64,000 nucleotides of DNA, taken from Octopus sinensis (Eukaryota). A model generated the notes under the pieces. The model was given only the letters and a program-made list of their open reading frames with translations, was not told the origin of the DNA and ran no database searches. The position numbers and the translations under genes are program-made. This document shows, one piece after another, positions 55,511 to 64,000 of this stretch (within the stretch, counting starts at the first letter, position 1; each line of letters opens with the position of its first letter). Location: positions 52,018,001 to 52,082,000 of the forward strand of contig NC_043014.1 in NCBI RefSeq assembly GCF_006345805.1, read 5' to 3'.

Positions 55511-56110
55511 CATGAAGGCTACATTGTCTTATCTTATTATATAAAGAAAGACGTTTTAAAATCTGTGAGATGAATGGTTAAGTTGAAACGAAAAGACGAA
55601 CACATACTGTCAATGACATAAAACTATATTTACATAACATTTCGGGTGTTATATAACTATAAATATAGAAAAAATACTGATTTATCTTAACCTAAACCCG
55701 TACAGAATTTGACATTAAAAAAAAATCTAATTTGAAATCAATTTAAAATATAAAACACCAATAATAAACGAGGGGAAAGAACAAGAGAAACGTTTTAAAT
55801 CGATTCTATCAGTTTAGACAAGACTTGAGATTTCATTGTGATTAGTTCAGTGGAAATTACCAAGCTGGCGTACATTAATGTCATATTTCAGATAGATGAT
55901 ATATATGGTAACTGTTTGTAGTACAACTTCAATACGTCAATACGTTTAATTTATAAATACATCACATCACAGTACTACGAAGTCCGACATTGATTACACC
56001 AATATTCATTGTTCATTTTAATGGGTTTGTTAATTGTCTTTCGCTTCTTTACGAAATATATATATAACGGGAATCTTTATGAAAATAAACAAAAGGCGAT
56101 GGCAGGTGGA

Positions 56111-56141
<31 letters not shown>

Positions 56142-56164
56142 AATATATATATATATGTCAATAA

Positions 56165-56365
56165 TAAAGGGTGGAATTAATTAATTTAGAAATAATCATT
56201 AATTTCACAAGTAGAGTTCGGCCTGTAAAAGACCCCGTTTGTTTTTAAGTGCTTTGGTTTTACTGGGATCTCCCTTTTAAGTAGAAAGAATAGCCAAAAC
56301 TTTTGGACTGGTATTTCTAAATTCGGTGTGTGGTGAGGCAAATCGTTGCTGAACCCTTAATTACC
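56165..56365. mobile_element. Short (TA)n-embedded repeat related to 45111-45330, second half inverted
   Basis: See the 45111-45330 entry. Confidence 0.5.
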
Positions 56366-56381
56366 TAGTATATATATATTA

Positions 56382-56430
<49 letters not shown>

Positions 56431-56893
56431 ATATATATTAATTGCTATTGTTCATGTTTACGCTTCCAAGTGTTGTATGCATTTGATATAATCTATATTG
56501 CTTTCTTACTTTCGAATAAATGAATAAAGTGTTCTACTTGAAAAATAAAAAAAGGAATATATTTTCCAAACCCGGAACGTAAAGTAAAAGACATCGCTAT
56601 GTACATAAATATGCTTCGTGGCATAAATGTAAATGAAAAAAAAAAACAGAGAAGAGACATTATAAAAGATAGATTTAGAGTTAGAAAATGTCAATTACTG
56701 TGAGATATATTTACGGCGGTGTGTTTAAAAATGGCAGGGAATAAAATGAAGCAATAAAATTCCTAATGTATGATGAGGCATGGAAAGAAGGAGTAAAAAT
56801 ACGTTGATGGACAAAAATGTTAATGGAATGCACACCGTTATGAGCACAGCAGATTAATGAAGTTTTATGGTAATGCAGTAGGAGTGTTACACA

Positions 56894-56894
<1 letters not shown>

Positions 56895-56932
<38 letters not shown>

Positions 56933-57560
56933 GTGGGTGCGTGGGCACGTGTGTACGTGCGTGGGCACGCGTGTGTGTGTGCATGCATTGATGAACATAT
57001 ATCTGTCTCTATATATATATGTGTGTATGTATGTATATTTATATATATGTGTGTGAGTGTATGTATGTATATTTATATATATGCGTGTGTATATATATAT
57101 ATGTATATATATATATGTATGTGTATATATATATGTATGTGTATATATATATATATATATGTATGTATATATATATATAATGTGTGTATATATATATGTA
57201 TATATGAATGTATGTATATATATATGAATGTATGTATATATATATGAATATATGTATATATATATGAATGTATGTATGTATGTATATATATATATGAATG
57301 TATGTATGTATGTATATATATATATGAATGTATGTATGTATGTATATATATATATGAATGTATGTATGTATATATATATATGAATGTATGTATGTATATA
57401 TATATATGAATGTATGTATGTATATATATATATGAATGTATGTATGTATATATATATGAATGTATGTATGTATATATATATGAATGTATGTATATATATA
57501 TATGAATGTATGTATGTGTATATATATATATATATATATGTTTGTGTGTGTGTGTGTGTG
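56895..57560. repeat. (TG)n plus TGAATG(TATG)n(TA)n minisatellite
   Basis: About a dozen TGAATGTATG.. units at 57205-57520. Confidence 0.9.
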
Positions 57561-58161
57561 TAGCTGGAGAGACTCGTGCACAAACGTATATGCATGTATA
57601 ACACTTTGTACTTATGTGTGCCTACTTGTGTTTTAAGTATGCTTACGTTTACACCTACGTACATATAAAACCCAAGCGCACGTGCGCGTACACACTCCCC
57701 CCCACACACACATATATGAATACATAAGTAGTATTTAATGCGTGAAAGAGAAAGAAAATATCAGTGTGTTTCTTGTATAAACATAAATATTAGCAGGGGG
57801 TAAACAACACGTTTGGAATATAAAACTTAGTAAATCTTTCTTTCTTTGAGTGTATTTTATGCATTGACAGCTGTGGAGAACCGTAATAATGTTGTCTTGA
57901 TTTGCTCTCGATCTAAGATGACTCGTCTAAACATTATTATAACATTCCATCTAATGGTCTACGTGAAATGTTTTCTGTTGTAGGAGTCTATATTTTAGCT
58001 GTTATTTATGATGTTTTCCACGGAAATGATTTGATTCTGTGTATAGAAAAGATGTCTGTAAAGATGCAAGTCGTAAAATACGAATACAAACATTCTTCTG
58101 TACGTGCGTGCATGTCGTATTTTATGACTTGCATCTTTACAGACACCTATATATATATATA

Positions 58162-58360
58162 TAGGTGCAGGGATGGGTGTGTGGTAAGAAGCTTTCTTCC
58201 CAACTATTTGGTTCCAAGCTAAGTTCCGCTGCGTGACACCTTGGACAGGTGTCTTCCACACAACCCACGGGGTAACCAAAGGCTTGTAAGTGGATTTGGT
58301 AGACGCAAACTGAATGAAGCCCCAGCATAGCCACAGCTCGTGAGCTAAGATCAGATGAAA
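58162..58360 (+). mobile_element. Diverged family 1-like SINE head joined directly to a variant tail
   Basis: AGGTGCAGG..TGTGTGGTAAGAAG..GTGGATTTGGTAGACG.AAACTGAA, then CCCCAGCATAGCCACAGCTC. Confidence 0.6.
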
Positions 58361-59520
58361 TAATATATATATATATATAAATATATATATAGGCGTGTAA
58401 ATTTCTTTTTTCCCCCTCCTAAATTTAAAAAAAATCTTTTCACCTTTCAATTCTTGAAAATTTGCATTGCGATGAAAACCGGGTAGAGCTAATATTTTTT
58501 TAAAACATTCTTTAATTTTCCATTCACCCAATTTTATTAAAATTTACCTTCAATTTAGCATTCTGCCTTTTTATAATTTTTCCTCGCCTATCATTTGTCC
58601 ACGTGCGGTCAACACAACCCCACCATTTATTGATTTATATATATATCCCCTTCATATATATAAATATCAGTATGTGTATATATGTATTAGTCCCTTATAC
58701 CATTATAAACCTTATAATATCAGTATTAAATACTTAATGCATATGCGCTGTTAAGTGCTAGTGACTGCGATATGTCATCTAAGTGATCTCCCTTTGAAGG
58801 CTTTAGTGTTAAAGAGACTAAAATTTAGGTGAAACTGAAATTTTAGGTCTAACAAAAATGTAGGTGAAAAGCAAGTATCCCCCCCCCCGACCTCGAAAAG
58901 TGTAACGAGAATGACAGGTATTAAAATTTCATAGTTTTCCCTGTTCATATTTAGTTAAGAATGAAGGCAGAAACCAAATTTATATATCGAAAGAAAAAAA
59001 TATTGCATTTCATCAATCATTTATATGATCATTCTAATCAACTGAACTATATTGAAAAATAAAAGCGATTTAAAATGTCGCTTTTACATAGCAAAAATTT
59101 TTGCAGAATAACGGGCAGAGGAGTACATTCGACTATCATTGTATGTTTAGCTTAATACTCCTTATTGAACCAAAACAGTCACGATGCGGCCGCTTGACCT
59201 CAAAATATTTTCAAAATTACCCTGAGAAGACATCCTATGACCTTATCATATGACATCAATTGCTATAACAGTCTCTCTCGTTTTCCATCTTTCTATCTAT
59301 TTCTGTGTCTCTGCTTCTTTCCAATCCACCTTTTTGTTCCTACTGTTATTAGGGCTTGGTAGAATAAAATCACCAACGATAAAAGGTTAGGCTACCACTT
59401 GGAAATAGTCCGATCTATTTTGTCTCACTCAAATGTAGTTATTCCACTATTCTTCTTTTCCAATTTTGAATGTTTAATCGAATAAGTTCGATGATGGCAT
59501 TCTTTATTCTTTCTTTTTAT

Positions 59521-59909
59521 TATTTTACTTGTTTCCGTCATTTGACTGCGGCCATGCTGGAGCACCGCCTTTAGTCGAGCAAATCGACCCCGGGACTTAT
59601 TCTTTGTAAGCCCAGTACTTATTCTTTCGGTCTCTTTTTGCCGAACCGCCAAGTGACGGGGACTCAAACACACCAGCATCGGTTGTCAAGCAATGCTAGG
59701 GGGACAAACAGACATACACAGACACACACACACATATATATATATGCATATATACGACAGGATTCTTTCAGTTTCCGTCTACCAAATCCACTCACAAGGC
59801 ACTGGTCGGCCCGGGGCTATAGCAGAAGATACTTGCCCAAGATGCCACGCAGTGGGACTGAACCCGGAACCATGGGGTTGGTTAGCAAGCTACATACCAC
59901 ACAGCCACT
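59521..59909 (-). mobile_element. Family 1 SINE
   Basis: Collinear with the 25061 and 26567 copies. Confidence 0.9.
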
Positions 59910-61518
59910 ATGCATATGCAGTTTGTCTCTTGCAACTCCTTATAATCATATTTTCAATTATTTGGCCTCATGCCCTTTAAATTTTTCAATTCCATTCCTC
60001 TAGTTTCTGTTCTATAGGTGCGAACTTCTCACAAGCATCGTATTGGCAAATAGGTTATTGGTCTGTAGTTCGAAACGGACGCCATTTTGTTTGCTTCTGA
60101 AAACAAACTGCGTTGTCTGACCCCTTAGCAATCCATTTTTGGATGTTTCATCTTCGAAGAAATTCATTCATTTAATAAACTTAATCACTGATTTTCTGGA
60201 TGTTTTAATCTTCTTCAACCAGAAATTTTCCAGTCAGTCTCGGCAATTTGGAAGTGATTTTCGCTTCGATTGGTTTCCAGTGAAGGGTTTAATTACTTTA
60301 ATAATAATAATAACAACAATAGTAATAAAGAAGAAAGAGGAAGAGGAACATAGCATCATCCCCTTCATCATTTTTCTCTTCATACAGGTTGTCTATAGTT
60401 CAATGAGTTACTGCAATGCATATTGTTGCATTTAGCAGTCGATGGAAATTTCGTAAAATAAAAGCGAGAGTTAATTAGATTATCCAACAGGATAATGAAG
60501 GATTTCATAAGAACGCTTGCTCCAAGCGAAATCTCACTTGGCACATTAAAGCTACATTGAATTAATCATAATGATATCTCCCTGTTCCCGGTCTTCCTTA
60601 GAAATTCCTGATGATAAATGGATATTTTAAATTTAATTTCTAATAACTTTACGTTAAATTCATAATTAACAGTTGTATGATTTGCTGTGCAAGATGAAGA
60701 AGAAATAATGGTTTTAAATATCTCGACAAATAATTATTTATACATAAATTTCACAATTCTCCTTTGTTATATAAAATTGTAAAAATATAAAAATATGTAA
60801 TATGCAACATTATCACAAAGTATTTCCATCTAATTGATGTCTGTGGGTGTTTGTGTGCGTGTTTATAATATTCAGAGCGAATCATTAATAGTTTTCAGAC
60901 ATTTTCATGTAATCTGTATTTCTGAAATTCTGTATTCGAATTAAAGTGAAATAATTAAATACAATTAGAATAAAGAATCACAACTATGTAAGCTATGTTT
61001 ATCATGGAGTTTCATTCTTTAGAAATTCAGAACAAAATGAATTTTAATAAATGCTAAAACAAAAACAAAATTACAAATAACGACAATTTATTAAACTTCC
61101 ATTTATATTATTAAAAGTCTAAAAAGTTTTAGACAGTAACTATTCAAAAAAAGAGGGGAAAAATTAAAAAATTATTCTTCCGAAAGATATAACCAGCAAA
61201 TAACAAAGCTAAGAAGACTTTAATTGACTTTATTCAAGGTTAATTTTTGTTTTTTTCTGCTCGATACATGTCAGCACTATATTTTGAAATATCGTTTTAG
61301 TAATTAAATTTTCCTAAATTGAAACCAAATTGATCCAATTAAATTGGCATAAATTGTATGATAAATGGGGTGTGATAAACAATTATTGATAACATTTTGC
61401 AGAGTAACACTTCTTTGATTCATTGTAAATTCTGGCTGCGTTTGTCAACATTTTTGATGCAGACTTTGTTTTAAATTATAAAATATTCTAAATGAATGAC
61501 TATATATATATATATATA

Positions 61519-61875
61519 CTAGCAGTATCGCCCGGCGTTGCTCAGGTTTGTAAGGGAAATAACTATAAAGCATTTTTAGAGAGTTATAGCCAAAAAATAG
61601 CAAAAAAATGGAAAAAATGATGGTAAATTTAAAAAAGGTAGAGTTGCGTCCCCTAGACAGTTTGTGGTTCGTATTCCTGATTCTCGACCCCATGTCGAAT
61701 TTATCGATTTTTTTCAGGAATTGGGGAACCTTTCAAAATTTTCGCTGCGTTAGTTTTGAATTATGACATTGGGCTATGTGTGTGTCAAGTTTCATCAGAA
61801 TCGGTTGAAAGCCGTGGTCAGGGTGAGGGTACAAGCAAACAGACACACAGAAACACGCACAGACAAACTGCCGTT

Positions 61876-61890
<15 letters not shown>
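61519..61890 (-). mobile_element. Non-autonomous Helitron inserted in (TA)n
   Basis: The minus strand ends CCTGAGCAACGCCGGG (imperfect GC hairpin) CGATACTG CTAG|T. It begins in (TA)n followed by AAACGGCAGTTTGTCTGTG and contains CCGATTCTGATGAAACTT. The 5' TC terminus is not resolved. Confidence 0.72.
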
Positions 61891-61908
<18 letters not shown>

Positions 61909-62537
61909 TAGCCTGTCGGTCTATACCCTGGCTTCATTAATGGTAGTGTATAATTAACTTCTAAGTAAGGAGCTGTGTCTCCGGTTTTAGAGTAAGATAT
62001 AGTCGTATATTCCGAACCTCATCGTTGGCAGTAATTTATTTTACCTAGACAGGATAAAAATCGACAGCAACATCGTCGATTGAACCCTAAACCGCAACGC
62101 ATGCAGTTAAGTGCCACAGAATATTTTCTGCCATTCTACTACCAATGAACAGAATAACTTTCCTAGCATTCTTTATTCTTATGTAACTACGCTCCTGTAA
62201 GCCTTAAGATCTGCGAGTCGGCTTTACCAGGTGCAATTTCATTGACTATATCCATCAAGGACACAGAAGCTGGGAGCTTCGAGATTTTCAGTTTACATCA
62301 GCTAATTGGTAGCCGAAACATCAATATTTTTCAACATGAAACCTTTCTATGCGGCTGCCTATGTTTGCATTTTCCAGAGGAACAGCTAAGTGAATTCATG
62401 CACACTAAACCGTACCCGCGTAACATATTCCGTACGGAATAATATTGAGTATGATCGTGTTATATAAAATAACAGGCGGCCTCTGTTGTACTCTTTTGTT
62501 CCAAAATTTCTCTCACTCTTTCTTCCTGCTTCTTAAG

Positions 62538-62656
62538 TAACGCAGCGATAGGCTAGCTTCCCGTCCAGCTGAGAGGGGGAACACATGCGCCATAGAAACC
62601 GTGAAACCGGCTCATGAGTCTGGCTAGGCTTGAAAAGGGCGCATAAATAAATAAAA
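62538..62656 (+). mobile_element. 3' fragment of a V-type SINE with (TAAA)n tail
   Basis: GCGATAGGCTAGCTTCCCGTCCAG..GGGGG..CATAGAAACCG resembles the V-domain GCGATGGACTGGCGTCCCGTCCAG. Confidence 0.5.
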
Positions 62657-64000
62657 TGTGTGTAAGTATACACAAACACATATCACATGCCATTTATGTA
62701 TATATCTGACTCTCTTTCTCGCTCTCTCTCTCTCTATCTCTCTCTCTCTCTCTCTCTTATATATATATATATATATATATTGACGACAGACAGACAGAGT
62801 AGATCCTAAAACGTTGAGAAGTGCTTATGTTCACCACATATGATCGTTGCATCGCCGACATTTAATATTATTTAAACCACATCATTATAATTATACTGAA
62901 AATGATAATTTTGTAGAATAATCAATATTTCTGTGTGTGTGTATATGCTTAATATCTCGTCATGAATATTTAAAATACAAAAACTGAAAGAAACGCCGTT
63001 CTTAACTACACTGCTTTCATATTATGTTAACTAAACTTTAGAAACTGTCTCCTCATATACAATGCTATATTTAAAGGTACAGTATTGCCGTCTATAATAA
63101 AATATTCTATAGTACTGTATAAATTAATAGAAGCGAAACATTAAAAATATGTTATAATTTACAAATTGCTTCGATAAATCAATTTGGTGTTTAATAAAAT
63201 GTTGTTCTATGGTAAATTATATTTCTGCTAAATTATATGTAACAGTCTGCTTTAATTAGTGTCTACAAAAATTTTTATCACTAATTTTTGTAATTTTTTC
63301 TGCAAATAATGCCTTGGTTTAAGTATTTTATTTAATAAAGTAATATAATTTAAATATTTCTTTAATCCTCGGCTAAATTTTATTTTCTCTTCTGCTCAAT
63401 CGAATCAATATGACCGCCATATTGAGGTTGTTCGTTTCGTTATCTTCGTTGTTGTTTTGTTGTAACTGGTATTTATCTCCACTTCAGCTACGATCAAAGA
63501 CTTCCCAGGAATGTCTATTCATTTAAATCTTATTCAGATATAGCCGTTTTAGAAATATAATATACTGATACATCAATCACTTTTCATATTTAGCGAGCGA
63601 TGTCAATATATTTGAATAGATTCGTCTGATATTTTTACTTGCCCGATAAAGGCACGGAACAAGGAATCCGTATCGGAAAGCCATATTAGATAAAAAGACA
63701 GCCAAATCTTATTCGAATACTGCTCCTTTGAGTTAAATGAGGAAAAGTAAAGTTAGATAATGCAATGTTTCAAATCTATAACAAGACAAAATCATTGGAT
63801 AAGAGTTAAGCTGTGTTGGACAACATCAAGCACAAAGGCCTAGAAAACAGCGTAAAAGCACCCTCATAAATACTATTCTATCTTCGGTATATAACTTCCA
63901 TTATTACAAAAATGTTTCATGTATTTAATGCAGTGTCTGGTGTTATTAAATATTCTTAGTTTTTGACAAGGTCTACAAAGAATATATAAAAACGTTTTTC

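Noticed and set aside
56711-57709. Longest ORF (332 aa) and the many other Y/I/H/T/C/V-rich ORFs
   Set aside because: They are translations of TA/CA/TATG microsatellites, which lack stop codons in some frames; no protein-like complexity.
60075-60095. CGCCATTTTG YY1-like motif (similar motifs at ~23065, 23141 and 63414)
   Set aside because: Isolated short motifs without promoter context are expected by chance or from old transposons.

Overview
AT-rich, microsatellite-saturated eukaryotic non-coding DNA (intergenic or deep intronic). The repeat content looks like an octopus/coleoid cephalopod genome; this is an inference from my recognition of the SINE families. I can support no intact host protein-coding gene, rRNA, true tRNA or CRISPR array, and nearly all listed ORFs are read-throughs of (TA)n/(CA)n/(GATA)n tracts or SINEs. 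The window holds about 10 copies of a ~380-430 bp tRNA-derived SINE with an internal microsatellite and several CORE-type and V-type SINEs. It also has decayed non-LTR retrotransposon fragments (R4/Dong-like, RTE x2, CR1-like, L1/Tx1-like), a Penelope GIY-YIG endonuclease remnant, an internally deleted mariner with both TIRs, a TTAA-flanked piggyBac-type MITE, a non-autonomous Helitron, several minisatellites and a 100-N gap. The most interesting signal is a scattered set of minimal type-I hammerhead-ribozyme-like motifs in short, (TA)n-embedded, partly inverted Penelope-LTR-like units. A covarying 3' hairpin shared by different SINE tails is also notable.
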